Shown piece after piece: positions 20,520 to 31,212 of a stretch of DNA of 64,000 bases. Position numbers and translations under genes: made by a program. Origin of the DNA: Eggerthella sp. CAG:298 (GTDB lineage Bacteria > Actinomycetota > Coriobacteriia > Coriobacteriales > Eggerthellaceae). How positions within the stretch are numbered: position 1 is the first letter of the stretch; each line of letters begins with the position of its first letter. The notes beneath the pieces are model-generated. The model was not told the origin of the DNA, made no database searches, and was given only the letters and a program-made list of their open reading frames with translations. The stretch is taken from assembly GCA_000435675.1 (NCBI GenBank), contig FR895148.1, positions 113,402-177,401 on the forward strand, read 5' to 3'.

Positions 20520-22088
20520 ATGGCAGATCCAATCATCAAACGCGCATTGCTCTCGGTCACCGACAAGACTGGCATCACCGAATTCGCTTCGGCTCTCGTG
20601 AAGGAATTCGGTGTTGAGATCATCTCGACTGGCGGTACGGCACGCGTGCTCGAAGAAGCGGGCATTCCCGTCACGTCGATCGATGCGGTCACGGAGTTCC
20701 CTGAGATGATGGATGGGCGCGTGAAGACGCTGCATCCGCGCGTACACGGTGGCTTGCTCGCCCGTCGCGATCTTGAGAGCCACATGAACGAGGCGAAAGA
20801 GCATGGCATCGAGATGATCGACATGGTCGTGGTGAATCTCTATGAATTCCAGAAGACGGTCGCAAGTGGTGCCGATTTCGCTGAGTGCATCGAGAACATC
20901 GATATCGGAGGTCCTTCGATGCTGCGCAGTGCGGCGAAGAATTTCGCTTCGGTCGCGGTGGTTACCGATCCTAACGCTTATGATGCAGTGCTCGAAGAGA
21001 TGCGTGCTCACAATGGCGCGACCACTTATGAAACGCGCCTTAAGTTCGCGTTCGATGTGTTCAACACCACCGCGCAATACGATGGCGCTATCGCTGCCTG
21101 GCTCACGAAAGAGATCAACCCTGCAGTCGTATTCCCCGAGATGAGGTCCTTGAATCTTTCGAAAGCACAAGATCTGCGTTACGGCGAGAACCCGCACCAA
21201 AGCGCAGCATTCTTCCGCGTGGTCGATTACCCGAATGCAGCAACGAGCTTGGCGTATGCGCAGCAGCTGCAGGGCAAAGAACTCTCTTATAACAACTACC
21301 TCGATCTTGATGCAGCATGGACGGCGGTTCGTGAATACGACGAGCCTGCTTGCGTGATCGTCAAGCACCTCACGCCATGCGGTGTTGCGGTCGATACCGA
21401 TGTGATCTCTGCCTATGTGCGCGCTCATGAGGCAGATCCAGTGTCGGCGTATGGCGGCGTCATCGCGTTCAATCGTCCGATCAACGCTGAAGTGGTCGTC
21501 AAGATTTTCGACAACAAGCAGTTCGTCGAAGCCATCATCGCTCCTGAGTTCTCGCTTGATGCGGTCGATATGTATACCGCCAAGCCCAACACGCGTTTGT
21601 TGCAGACCGGTGGCGTGAACCCCGCAGGTCAAACCGTTGAATATCGTTCGGTCGAAGGCGGCTTGCTCTGCCAAGAATCCGACGCAGTTGCAGAAGAGAC
21701 CGATACCTTCACGGTGGCCACGAAGCGCGTTCCCACCGAAGAGGAGATGAAGGACCTCATCTTCGCTTGGAAAGCAGTGAAGTCGGTCAAGTCGAACGCG
21801 ATCCTCATCGCTAAGGACGAAGTGAACGTTGGCGTGGGTGGCGGTCAGCCGAACCGCGTGAATTCAGCGCGCATCGCTGTCGAACAGGCAGGTGATAAAG
21901 CGAAGGGCGCCGTCGCAGCATCCGATGCCTTCTTCCCGTTCCGCGACGGGCTCGACACCCTTGCTGAAGCAGGCGTTACTGCTATCATCCAGCCAGGTGG
22001 CTCGATCCGCGACGAAGAAGTGATCGAAGCAGCCAATGAGCACGGTATCGCCATGGTGTTCACGGGCCATCGTCACTTCCGCCACTAG
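20520..22088 (+). CDS. purH: Bifunctional AICAR transformylase / IMP cyclohydrolase
   Basis: MGS-like N-terminal domain ([11 protein letters not shown]) and an AICARFT C-terminal domain, 522 aa. Confidence 0.92.
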   Translation: MADPIIKRALLSVTDKTGITEFASALVKEFGVEIISTGGTARVLEEAGIPVTSIDAVTEFPEMMDGRVKTLHPRVHGGLLARRDLESHMNEAKEHGIEMIDMVVVNLYEFQKTVASGADFAECIENIDIGGPSMLRSAAKNFASVAVVTDPNAYDAVLEEMRAHNGATTYETRLKFAFDVFNTTAQYDGAIAAWLTKEINPAVVFPEMRSLNLSKAQDLRYGENPHQSAAFFRVVDYPNAATSLAYAQQLQGKELSYNNYLDLDAAWTAVREYDEPACVIVKHLTPCGVAVDTDVISAYVRAHEADPVSAYGGVIAFNRPINAEVVVKIFDNKQFVEAIIAPEFSLDAVDMYTAKPNTRLLQTGGVNPAGQTVEYRSVEGGLLCQESDAVAEETDTFTVATKRVPTEEEMKDLIFAWKAVKSVKSNAILIAKDEVNVGVGGGQPNRVNSARIAVEQAGDKAKGAVAASDAFFPFRDGLDTLAEAGVTAIIQPGGSIRDEEVIEAANEHGIAMVFTGHRHFRH

Positions 22089-22157
22089 GGAGCGCAAGCA
22101 ACTAAGAACGCTTAAGGCCTGCTTGATTCAATATTCAGCAGTATTCAGGGTCTCTCA

Positions 22158-23045
22158 TCACTCATTTTCGGAGTGGTGGGAGACCTTCTGTTTGAGCGTG
22201 CCGATATGACGCCCATGATCGACGAAGTTCTTGATATCGAAACCGAACGCAAGGGCCACGAACGCGATGAGGATGATCCCGACTGGTCCATTGGCAACGG
22301 GCATGAAGACGAACGCGAGCAAGAGCAGTGGTAGCACCAAGAAGCTGCTGAAGACACCAAGACGCTTGTAGACACCTTGCGCGATCGAGATGATGAAGTA
22401 GAGATAGCAACCCAGCGCAGGCACCGAGAAGAGGATGCATGCTGCGAGGATCGCGATCTTCACCGCAAAGACCTCAAGGTCGCTGCGGAGCGACCGTTTC
22501 TCTTCTTCGAGCATCTGTTCGGGCGTGCGCGTTTGCCCGAAGGGGGAGAAGTCGAAGGGGATCGACCCGGTGAAAGGATTCGACGTGCTGAAGGGATTAT
22601 CGGCGCGATTCCCACCAAACGGGTTTCCACCAGATGAACCTTCTTTGCCGCTCGAGCGATAGGTGTGGGGGTTGCCCTGGGCATCCCAGGTGGTCCATAC
22701 GAAATCAACACCCGAGAAGGGCCAACCAGCAAAGGGGTTATCGCCCTGCGGGTTCTGCCCATTTCCATTGGGGCGCGTATAGGGCTGATAGGTGAAAGGT
22801 GCTCCATACGGTGTTCCCGCAGTAGAGTATTCGGGCGTCCATTTACGTGAGAGCAGCACATCGCGCGCTTCATTGATGAGCTTGGTCTTCTCCTCTGCTT
22901 TTGCGCGTGCTGCTGCGTCCGCACCGAATTTGTCGGGGTGGTTTTCGATGACGAGCTTACGATGAGCTTTCTTGATGTCGTCATCGCTTGCGCCGTCTTG
23001 CAGCCCTAATATGTTAAGTGCTTCAGACTTCTTCATGCTCTTCAC
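22158..23045 (-). CDS. Membrane-anchored J-domain protein with NPF-repeat G/F-like linker
   Basis: N-terminal J domain (ALNILGL...IKKAHRKLVIENHPDK). A Gly/Asn/Pro/Phe-rich linker with four NPF motifs follows, then a C-terminal ~90 aa with 3 predicted TM helices. It lacks a DnaJ zinc-finger or C-terminal domain. Confidence 0.7.
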   Translation of the reverse strand: MKSMKKSEALNILGLQDGASDDDIKKAHRKLVIENHPDKFGADAAARAKAEEKTKLINEARDVLLSRKWTPEYSTAGTPYGAPFTYQPYTRPNGNGQNPQGDNPFAGWPFSGVDFVWTTWDAQGNPHTYRSSGKEGSSGGNPFGGNRADNPFSTSNPFTGSIPFDFSPFGQTRTPEQMLEEEKRSLRSDLEVFAVKIAILAACILFSVPALGCYLYFIISIAQGVYKRLGVFSSFLVLPLLLLAFVFMPVANGPVGIILIAFVALAFGFDIKNFVDHGRHIGTLKQKVSHHSENE

Positions 23046-23310
23046 TATATCGGATAATCAAGACGAAGAGCCTGTTGGTGATTTTCTCCAGCTCGTTTCT
23101 ACAAATACGTTACGGGCTCGTGAGCTTGTGCTGGGGTAACGCTCTTATGCCAAAACGCGTCTTTAGCAAGGCTCGCTTCGCAAGACCTTCATAATAAAAA
23201 ACAAGGTCGTGTAAAATAGAGACGACAAAAGGGGCATGCGCTTCGGGCGCTGTGCGCAAGTTGTCTGAAACGCCATTCAAAAACGAACACCAAAACGAAG
23301 CGAAGGCACC

Positions 23311-24930
23311 ATGAAAAAAGCGATAATCATACTTCTTGTTATCGTCGCTGCGTGTTTTCTTTGCGCCAATCTCAATTACATCATGAGCATCATCGATGCG
23401 ATGCAGGGCGGTGCGCTCATTCCGCTCGTCGTCGCCTGCATCATCATGGTCGCGCGTCATGTCGTGCAGGCTATGTCATACAACGAAGCCTTCGGTGCCG
23501 TTGGTCAGAAGACTGGACTTTGGCACAATATCGTGCTCATCTTCTCTCTCGTGTTCATCAATACCTTCTGCTTGTTCTCGGGCGCGACCGGTGTTGCATT
23601 CATCATCGATGATGCCCACCGCAAAGGTCTTGATATAGGCACATCCACGAGTGGCGCGATCCTTTCTCAGATCGGGTATTTCGCGGCGGTCTTCATCATC
23701 TCGATCATCGGTTTCACCACGATGCTCATCGCAGGCACGATGAACGTGGTCTTCTTGATAGGCGGCCTCCTTCTTGCCGGAACCTTGCTCGTGTTGGTGA
23801 GCTTCTTCTTGCTCGGTTTCTACAAACCTGGTTGGCTCGTGAAGGTGTTCCGCGTAGTCGAGAACGCGATCAACAAGGTGATCGGTATCGCAAAGCGCCA
23901 TCTCCCTAAGAACTGGGGGAAGGCTGCGGCGCAGTCGTTCATCAATTCGGCGCTCGTGCTCGCGCACAACCCTAAGGGTGCCATCATCACGGTCTTCTAT
24001 GCGGCTGCTTCTGCGCTTCTGAACATGGCCTGCTTGATCGCGATCGGTGTGGCTTTTGGTTTCGACAATGTGGCAGCGCTCGTTGCGGCGTTCTCTGTAG
24101 CGGCCATCGCCGTCATCTTGAGCCCCACACCGCAGGGCGTTGGCGTGGTCGAGGCAGCCATCGCAGCCATCCTCACCAGCGCGGGTTGTTCGCTTTCGGT
24201 AGCAACCGCTATTGCTCTTGTCTATCGCGGCATCATGTTCTGGATCCCGTTCTGCATCGGTGCGGTGCTGCTTTCACAATCGGGTTTCTTCAAGGCGAAG
24301 AAGGACACCACCACCGAAGGCAAACGCAAGGATATCGGCTGGATCGCTGGTACGCTCGTGATCATCTGCGCAGCGGTGAATCTCATCATGCCCTTCATGC
24401 CGAATGTGGCAGAAACATACAGTCTGCTCACGCAGTGGATCAACATCTCGAATGTAGTTGGTGGACCGCTGCTCGTCCTCACGAGCATCGTCCTGCTCGT
24501 TTTGGGTGTTGGGCTTGTGTTCCGCTTCAGGCTTGCTTGGGTGTTCGCCATCTCGCTCATCTTCTTGCTCGCTGGTTTCGAGTTCGTCTTCCAAGAGACC
24601 GTCAAGGTTGCGATCCCCATGGCACTACTGGGGCTGTGGCTCTTCTGGAAGCGCGATGCCTTCTCTGAGCCGCTTTCGCGCGACCGGATCAAAGAGCGCT
24701 CGGAGCGCAAGAAGCAGGCCATGAATGAAGGCACCCACCTTGAGAAGATCGAAGAATCCACGGGAGAATCTCTGGAAGGAACCTCCGAAGAAACGAAACT
24801 TTTGGAGGTTCCGATCGAAGTAGGGCCTGAAGGGTGCGATACGCCACTCGAGGCAGATGCGCACGATGAAAAGCTCACCCAAGCGAAGCTTGAAACGGAC
24901 ATCAAGACCGCGCTGAAAGATAACGCCTGA
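23311..24930 (+). CDS. Polytopic membrane protein, flippase-like / LPG-synthase-TM (UPF0104-like) family with acidic C-terminal tail
   Basis: About 12 predicted TM segments. Motif SPTPQGVGVVEAA is typical of the MprF-N-terminal/UPF0104 flippase-like domain. C-terminal ~90 aa is acidic and soluble. Confidence 0.6.
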   Translation: MKKAIIILLVIVAACFLCANLNYIMSIIDAMQGGALIPLVVACIIMVARHVVQAMSYNEAFGAVGQKTGLWHNIVLIFSLVFINTFCLFSGATGVAFIIDDAHRKGLDIGTSTSGAILSQIGYFAAVFIISIIGFTTMLIAGTMNVVFLIGGLLLAGTLLVLVSFFLLGFYKPGWLVKVFRVVENAINKVIGIAKRHLPKNWGKAAAQSFINSALVLAHNPKGAIITVFYAAASALLNMACLIAIGVAFGFDNVAALVAAFSVAAIAVILSPTPQGVGVVEAAIAAILTSAGCSLSVATAIALVYRGIMFWIPFCIGAVLLSQSGFFKAKKDTTTEGKRKDIGWIAGTLVIICAAVNLIMPFMPNVAETYSLLTQWINISNVVGGPLLVLTSIVLLVLGVGLVFRFRLAWVFAISLIFLLAGFEFVFQETVKVAIPMALLGLWLFWKRDAFSEPLSRDRIKERSERKKQAMNEGTHLEKIEESTGESLEGTSEETKLLEVPIEVGPEGCDTPLEADAHDEKLTQAKLETDIKTALKDNA

Positions 24931-25033
24931 TTTTGCTCCTTTGGTGCACTTGAAAGCGCTCCTGAATAGTACTTGCGCTATACTGATTTAGTTTTCCATT
25001 TGCACAAAAACTATCGCAAGAAAAGGAGCGCAT

Positions 25034-26302
25034 ATGGCACGTCCGATGACCATGGCTGAAAAGATTCTTGCCGCCCACGCCGGCCTTGATGAGGTCGTTC
25101 CTGGGCAGCTTATCGAATGCGATTTGGATCTGGTGTTGGCAAACGACATCACTGCGCCGATCGCAATCCAGGAGTTCAAGAAGATCGGTGTCGATAGCGT
25201 GTTCGATCCCACGAAGATCGCGCTCGTTCCCGATCACTACACTCCCAACAAGGACATCAAGAGCGCCGAGCAGGCGAAGACCGTACGCGATTTCGCGCGC
25301 GAACAAGGCATCACGCACTATTACGAAGTAGGCTGCATGGGTGTCGAACATGCGCTCTTGCCCGAACAGGGCGTTGTTGGCGCAGGCGATCTGATCATCG
25401 GTGCCGATAGCCATACCTGTACGTATGGCGCGCTCGGTGCGTTCTCTACCGGTGTTGGCTCGACCGATGCGGGCGTGGGCCTTGCAACTGGCAAGGCGTG
25501 GTTCAAGGTTCCCGAATCGATCCTCTTCAACATCGAAGGTACGCTCAATCCTGGCGTTACTGGCAAAGATATCATCCTGCACATCATCGGTCTTATCGGT
25601 GTTGATGGCGCACTCTATCAGGCGATGGAGTTCCGTGGCTCTGCGATCGAGAGCCTGAGCATGGACGAGCGTCTTTCCATTTCGAATATGGCCATCGAAG
25701 CAGGTGGCAAAGCGGGCCTCATCCCGGTCGATGATATTACGCGTAAATACCTGAAGGCACGCGCTGAACGACCCTTCACCGAGTACCATTCCGATCCCGA
25801 CGCCGTCTATGCACGTGTGATCGACATCAAGGCAGAAGACATCGTTCCCACCGTTGCCTTCCCGCATCTTCCTTCCAACACGCGTCCCGCGAGCGAAGCA
25901 CGCGAGGTGAAGATCGATCAGGCGGTCATCGGCTCATGCACTAACGGACGCATCGAAGATATGCGCCAGGCTGCCGCGGTGCTGAAGGGCCGCAAGGTTC
26001 ATCCCTTCGTACGCTGCATCATCATTCCGGCAACGCAGCAGGTGTATCGCCAGTGCATCGAAGAGGGCCTCATGGATATCTTCCTTGATGCGAACTGTGC
26101 GGTCTCGACCCCTACGTGCGGTCCATGCCTTGGTGGCTATATGGGCATCTTGGCAGCGGGGGAGCGCGCGATCGCTACCACCAATCGAAATTTCGTTGGC
26201 CGCATGGGCGATCCTACGAGCGAGGTATATCTCTCTTCGCCAGCTGTTGCCGCTGCAAGCGCGGTGCTCGGTCACATCGGTCTGCCTGAAGATATAGATT
26301 AG
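25034..26302 (+). CDS. leuC: 3-isopropylmalate dehydratase large subunit
   Basis: Aconitase-family motifs including the Fe-S cysteine region (GSCTNGR, TCGPCLG). 422 aa, short-type LeuC. Confidence 0.92.
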   Translation: MARPMTMAEKILAAHAGLDEVVPGQLIECDLDLVLANDITAPIAIQEFKKIGVDSVFDPTKIALVPDHYTPNKDIKSAEQAKTVRDFAREQGITHYYEVGCMGVEHALLPEQGVVGAGDLIIGADSHTCTYGALGAFSTGVGSTDAGVGLATGKAWFKVPESILFNIEGTLNPGVTGKDIILHIIGLIGVDGALYQAMEFRGSAIESLSMDERLSISNMAIEAGGKAGLIPVDDITRKYLKARAERPFTEYHSDPDAVYARVIDIKAEDIVPTVAFPHLPSNTRPASEAREVKIDQAVIGSCTNGRIEDMRQAAAVLKGRKVHPFVRCIIIPATQQVYRQCIEEGLMDIFLDANCAVSTPTCGPCLGGYMGILAAGERAIATTNRNFVGRMGDPTSEVYLSSPAVAAASAVLGHIGLPEDID

Positions 26303-26311
26303 GAGCAATTC

Positions 26312-26809
26312 ATGAACTATAAAGGTACGGTACATCGCTACGGAAGAGACGTTGACACCGACGTCATCATCCCTGCGCGTTATCTCAACACCTCTGACCC
26401 TGCTGAACTCGCAAAGCATTGCCTGGAAGATCTGGACGCGACCTTTGTCGAAAAGGTGAATCCCGGCGATATCATCGTTGCTGAAGAGAACTTCGGTTGC
26501 GGTTCTTCGCGCGAGCATGCGCCTATCGCCATCAAGGCTGCGGGCATCGATGCGGTCATCGCGAAGAGCTTCGCACGCATCTTCTACCGCAACTCGATCA
26601 ATACCGGGCTTGCGATCCTTGAATGCCCCGAAGCAGTTGACGCGATCGAAGAGGGTCACGTTGTCTCGGTCGAAACGGAGACCGGCACGATCACCGATGA
26701 GACCACGGGTCAGGTATTCACCGCGCAACCGTTCCCGCCCTTCATCGCCGATATCATCGAGCAGGGCGGTCTTATCAATCGCACGCGCAGTGTTCTGGGA
26801 AAAGAGTAG
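26312..26809 (+). CDS. leuD: 3-isopropylmalate dehydratase small subunit
   Basis: Aconitase swivel domain (GCGSSREHAP), 165 aa, immediately downstream of leuC. Confidence 0.9.
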   Translation: MNYKGTVHRYGRDVDTDVIIPARYLNTSDPAELAKHCLEDLDATFVEKVNPGDIIVAEENFGCGSSREHAPIAIKAAGIDAVIAKSFARIFYRNSINTGLAILECPEAVDAIEEGHVVSVETETGTITDETTGQVFTAQPFPPFIADIIEQGGLINRTRSVLGKE

Positions 26810-26818
26810 GGGAGTAGC

Positions 26819-27928
26819 ATGGCTCAAACGTACAAGATCTGTCTTTTACCTGGCGATGGCATCGGTCCTGAGATCATCGCTGAAGGCGTGAAGGTTCTCG
26901 ATGCGATCGCGGTGAAGCATGGCGTATCGTTCGAATACACCGAAGCGCTCATTGGTGGCCGTGCGATCGACGAAACGGGCAGCGCGCTTCCCGAAGCCAC
27001 GCTCGCTATCGCTTCTGGCTCCGATGCGGTGTTGCTTGCGGCAGTCGGCGGTCCGAAGTGGGATACTACCGATCCCAGCAAACCACGCCCTGAACAGGGA
27101 TTGCTCGCTATTCGAAAAGGCCTGGGCCTGTATGCGAACCTTCGTCCGGTCGTGATCTTCAATGCGCTGGCGGACGCCTCGACGCTCAAACCTTCCGTTA
27201 TCGATGGTGTCGACTGTGTGATCGTACGCGAGCTCACGGGCGGTCTCTATTTCGGCGAACGTGAACGCACGTACGATGTTGCTGGCGCAGGCGTGGATGG
27301 CGCTCCCGGCCAGCAGGCTTACGACACGCTCATGTACTCCGAATACGAGATCGAGCGCATTGTTCGCCATGCGTTCGAGACCGCACGCAAACGTCGCGGT
27401 CGTGTTCACTCGATCGACAAAGCGAACGTGCTTGAAACCTCGCGCATGTGGCGTGAGATCACGCATCGTATCGCCGAGGAGTATCCCGATGTCGAGCTTA
27501 TCGATATGCTCGTTGACAATGCCGCTATGCAGCTGATCAACGATCCGAAGCAGTTCGATGTCGTGGTAACGGAGAATATGTTCGGCGACATCCTTTCCGA
27601 CGAAGCTTCGATGCTCACTGGTTCGCTTGGCATGCTCGCTTCCGCTTCACTCGGCGATGGTACGGCGCTCTATGAGCCGAGCCATGGCAGTGCGCCCGAT
27701 ATCGCGGGCAAGGGTATCGCTAACCCGCTCGCGCAGATCCTTTCGGTCGAGATGATGCTGCGCTACACCTTCAATATGACCGAGGCAGCCGATTCGATCG
27801 TTTCAGCGGTGAATGCGGTGCTCGATGAAGGCTGGCGTACCGGCGATATCGCCAACGATGAGACCCCTGCCGACAAGATCGTAGGCACGCAAGCTATGGG
27901 CGATCTTGTGGTCGCGCACCTCGGTTAA
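26819..27928 (+). CDS. leuB: 3-isopropylmalate dehydrogenase
   Basis: Motifs [10 protein letters not shown] and [12 protein letters not shown] of the isocitrate/isopropylmalate dehydrogenase family. Confidence 0.92.
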   Translation: MAQTYKICLLPGDGIGPEIIAEGVKVLDAIAVKHGVSFEYTEALIGGRAIDETGSALPEATLAIASGSDAVLLAAVGGPKWDTTDPSKPRPEQGLLAIRKGLGLYANLRPVVIFNALADASTLKPSVIDGVDCVIVRELTGGLYFGERERTYDVAGAGVDGAPGQQAYDTLMYSEYEIERIVRHAFETARKRRGRVHSIDKANVLETSRMWREITHRIAEEYPDVELIDMLVDNAAMQLINDPKQFDVVVTENMFGDILSDEASMLTGSLGMLASASLGDGTALYEPSHGSAPDIAGKGIANPLAQILSVEMMLRYTFNMTEAADSIVSAVNAVLDEGWRTGDIANDETPADKIVGTQAMGDLVVAHLG

Positions 27929-27943
27929 GCAGGCGGGTTCTCT

Positions 27944-29302
27944 ATGGCACTTCAAGCCCCTAAAGGTACGACCGACCTGCTTCCTAAGCAGGCACGTATA
28001 TGGGATCATTTCAAGCGCTGCGCTTCCGGGGTGTTCTCGCGTTATGGTTACGAGCCGATCGAGACGCCCATCTTCGAGCAGACCGAGCTTTTCGTGCGCG
28101 GCATCGGCGAGGCAACCGATGTGGTCTCTAAAGAGATGTTCGCCACGATCACAGGCGAAAACCTCAAGACCCTGCTTGGCGGCGGTCATGTGAAGAGCAA
28201 TAGCCGTTTCAGCCTGCGTCCAGAAGGAACGGCTTCGGTGGTGCGTGCCGTTGCGCAGCATAATCTGGTTTCGCCAGGCGGTCTGCCCGCAAAGCTCATG
28301 TATGCCGGCCCGATGTTCCGCGCTGAGAACGTTCAGAAGGGCAGGCAGCGCCAATTCAACCAAGTTGGCATCGAATGCTTGGGCTCGGAAGATCCTTCTA
28401 TCGATGCCGAAGCGATCATCATGCTCATGCGCTTTTATGAGGCGATCGGGCTCGATACAAGCAAGCTTACGCTGCTCATCAATTCGATGGGGTGTGAAAC
28501 CTGCAGGCCGGCATATCGCGATGCGGTCGCACAGTTCCTCATCGATCGCGAGGCGGATCTTTGCGAGGAATGTCGCACTCGCGCGCACAGCAACCCCTTG
28601 CGTGCATTTGACTGCAAACAAGAAGCCTGTGTTCAAGTTATGAAGGATGCGCCGCTTATCACGGATGCGCTCTGCGAAGAATGCAAGGCGCACTATGCAC
28701 AGGTAAAAGCATATCTCGATGATGCGGGGATCAGCTATATTGAAGACCCCACGCTCGTGCGTGGTCTCGATTACTACACGCGAACCGTCTTCGAAGTCCA
28801 GGTAAAAGAGGGCATGGGCGCTCAGAATGCCATCGGTGGTGGCGGGCGCTACGACAAGCTCATGGAGGAGATCGGTGGTCAGCCGATGCCGGGCTTCGGT
28901 TTCGCGCTCGGCTTCGAACGCTGCATCTTGGCCCTCGAGGCACAAGGGTTTACCTTCCCAGAATCCCGTACGATCGAGTGCTTCGTCGCCTGCGTCGATG
29001 CGTCGGTCAAACCGCAGGCTTTCATGCTCTTGCAGCACTTGCGTGATGCGGGAATCGCTTCTGACATGGACCACCTAGGCAAGAGCCTGAAGGCACAGTT
29101 CAAGTCTGCAGGAAAGCAGCAAGCCTCCTATGTGCTCGTGGTCGGTCCCGATGAGCTTGCCCAAAATGCGCTCACATGTCGCGACATGGATGCCCATGAG
29201 GAAACAACGCTCGATCTTGCAAAGTTCACTGAAGCCTTGCAAAACGCTGCTTTGACCGAAGAGCCCACTACCTTGGGCGACATCATCACATCTTTACCAT
29301 AA
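27944..29302 (+). CDS. hisS: Histidyl-tRNA synthetase
   Basis: Class II aaRS motifs and a HisRS anticodon-binding domain. The N-terminus MALQAPKGTTDLLP is typical of HisS. Confidence 0.92.
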   Translation: MALQAPKGTTDLLPKQARIWDHFKRCASGVFSRYGYEPIETPIFEQTELFVRGIGEATDVVSKEMFATITGENLKTLLGGGHVKSNSRFSLRPEGTASVVRAVAQHNLVSPGGLPAKLMYAGPMFRAENVQKGRQRQFNQVGIECLGSEDPSIDAEAIIMLMRFYEAIGLDTSKLTLLINSMGCETCRPAYRDAVAQFLIDREADLCEECRTRAHSNPLRAFDCKQEACVQVMKDAPLITDALCEECKAHYAQVKAYLDDAGISYIEDPTLVRGLDYYTRTVFEVQVKEGMGAQNAIGGGGRYDKLMEEIGGQPMPGFGFALGFERCILALEAQGFTFPESRTIECFVACVDASVKPQAFMLLQHLRDAGIASDMDHLGKSLKAQFKSAGKQQASYVLVVGPDELAQNALTCRDMDAHEETTLDLAKFTEALQNAALTEEPTTLGDIITSLP

Positions 29303-29369
29303 CAGCCTGGTTTAATAGAGAACAATTATCAGCCTACGATTCAACACACTACAAGGAGAGATTCAAACG

Positions 29370-31148
29370 ATGAGCGAACTTAACAACAAGTTCAGCATGC
29401 ACACCAAGACCTGCGGCGAACTTCGCAAAGAAGACATTGGCGAAGAAGTCGTTTTGACCGGTTGGGTTTGGCACAATCGCGATCATGGCGGACTGATCTT
29501 TGTCGATCTACGTGACCGCGATGGGTATACGCAGGTGGTCATCGACCCTGATTGCGTTACCCCTGAAGAGTTTGCGGTTGCCGAACATCTCGGTCGCGAA
29601 TGGGTCATCAAGATCGAAGGCAAGGTGCGCGCTCGTCAAGAAGGTGCCGAGAACCCCGATATGGCAACTGGTCAGATCGAGGTGCTCGCAAACGACCTTC
29701 AGGTGCTCAACAAGTCTCTCACGCCGCCGTTCTCGATCGAAGATGGCATCGAGACCGATGAAACTACGCGTATGAAGTGGCGTTATCTCGACTTGCGTCG
29801 TCCTGAGATGTATCAGGCGCTCGCTCTGCGCCATGCGGTCGCACAAGCGATGCGCTCAGCCCTGAACGAGCATGGTTTCCTCGAGATCGAGACCCCGATT
29901 CTTGCGAATTCCACTCCAGAAGGCGCACGTGACTACATCGTTCCTTCGCGTCCGAACCCGGGCACGTTCTACGCACTGCCGCAGTCTCCTCAGCAGTTCA
30001 AGCAGATGCTCATGATCGGTGGCGTTGAACGCTACTATCAGATCGCACGCTGCTTCCGCGACGAAGACCTTCGTGCGGATCGCCAGCCTGAATTCACTCA
30101 GGTAGATATCGAGATGAGCTTCGTTGAGGGCGAAGATGTCATGAACCTCATGGAAGAAGTGCTCGCCGAAGCGCTCAAGGCTGTAGGTGTTGAGCACGAA
30201 TTCCCGCTTCAGCGTATGCAATACCGTGAAGCGATGGATCGTTTCGGCTGCGATCGCCCCGATACGCGTTTTGGCATGGAGCTCGTTGATATCACCGATA
30301 TCGTGAAAGATTCCGGTTTCAAGGTGTTCTCGAGCGTTGCGCAGTCTGGCGGCATCGTGAAGGCGATCAATGCTAAGGGCGCTGGCGACTGGAGCCGTGG
30401 CGAGATCGAGAAGCTCGCTTCTATCGCTGAGGCGAATGGCGCTAAAGGCATGGCATGGATCGCGTTCACTTCTGATGGCAAGGAAAAGAGCCCCATCATC
30501 AAGTTCTTCTCCGATGAAGAATTCGCTGGCATCAAAGAGGCGCTCGACGTCGAACCGGGCGATCTGGTGCTCTTCGCTGCAGACACCTATGAAGTAGCCA
30601 ATGCGGTGCTTGCTGCGCTTCGTCTCCACATGGCAGAGGCGCTCGATATCCCGCGTGAGGGCCATGCGCTGCTCTGGGTGGTCAATTTCCCGATGTTCCA
30701 CTATGACGAAGACGAGGGTAAGTACAGCGCGGAGCATCATCCGTTCACGCATGTGCTCGAAGAAGACCTCGACAAGATCGAATCCGATCCGCTCGCTTGC
30801 GGTAGCTACTCATATGACCTGGTCATGGATGGTTTTGAAGTGGGTGGCGGTACGATCCGTATTCACGACGCCGAGGAACAGAAACGCATCTTGAAGGTGT
30901 GCGGCCTCACCGATGAAGAGATCGAAGAGAAGTTCGGTCACCTCATCCACGCGCTTGAGCTTGGCGCGCCGCCTCATGGTGGCATCGCGCTCGGCCTCGA
31001 CCGCTTGGTCATGCTGCTCGCCGACAAACAATCCATTCGTGACGTTATCGCGTTCCCGAAGACCTCTTCTGCTTCCGATCCAATGACGGGTGCACCTAAT
31101 CAAGTAACTGCTCGTCAGCTCAAGGAAGTGGGTCTTCGTATCCTGTAA
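29370..31148 (+). CDS. aspS: Aspartyl-tRNA synthetase
   Basis: OB-fold N-terminus, class II motifs (FRDEDLRADRQPEFTQ, GGGIALGLDRLVML) and a GAD insertion. 592 aa. Confidence 0.93.
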   Translation: MSELNNKFSMHTKTCGELRKEDIGEEVVLTGWVWHNRDHGGLIFVDLRDRDGYTQVVIDPDCVTPEEFAVAEHLGREWVIKIEGKVRARQEGAENPDMATGQIEVLANDLQVLNKSLTPPFSIEDGIETDETTRMKWRYLDLRRPEMYQALALRHAVAQAMRSALNEHGFLEIETPILANSTPEGARDYIVPSRPNPGTFYALPQSPQQFKQMLMIGGVERYYQIARCFRDEDLRADRQPEFTQVDIEMSFVEGEDVMNLMEEVLAEALKAVGVEHEFPLQRMQYREAMDRFGCDRPDTRFGMELVDITDIVKDSGFKVFSSVAQSGGIVKAINAKGAGDWSRGEIEKLASIAEANGAKGMAWIAFTSDGKEKSPIIKFFSDEEFAGIKEALDVEPGDLVLFAADTYEVANAVLAALRLHMAEALDIPREGHALLWVVNFPMFHYDEDEGKYSAEHHPFTHVLEEDLDKIESDPLACGSYSYDLVMDGFEVGGGTIRIHDAEEQKRILKVCGLTDEEIEEKFGHLIHALELGAPPHGGIALGLDRLVMLLADKQSIRDVIAFPKTSSASDPMTGAPNQVTARQLKEVGLRIL

Positions 31149-31152
31149 TCAT

Positions 31153-31187
31153 CGTTCAGAGAGGCACGTGGCGTGCACTTCTGAACG
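31153..31187 (+). terminator. Nested hairpin immediately after aspS (terminator-like, no U-tract)
   Basis: Outer stem CGTTCAGA/TCTGAACG (8 bp) encloses inner stem GCACG/CGTGC. It lies inside the GTG-initiated N-terminal extension of the next ORF, which argues for the ATG 31213 start of that gene. Confidence 0.35.
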
Positions 31188-31212
31188 TAACTGCCAAGAA
31201 AGACTGACGACT

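Noticed and set aside
24931-25033. T-box or leader-peptide attenuator upstream of leuC, and T-box upstream of hisS/aspS
   Set aside because: The leuC upstream region is only about 100 bp with no specifier/T-box (AGGGUGGNACCGCG) signature and no Leu-rich leader peptide. hisS follows leuB by 15 bp and aspS has a 67-bp spacer. None of these has room for such elements.
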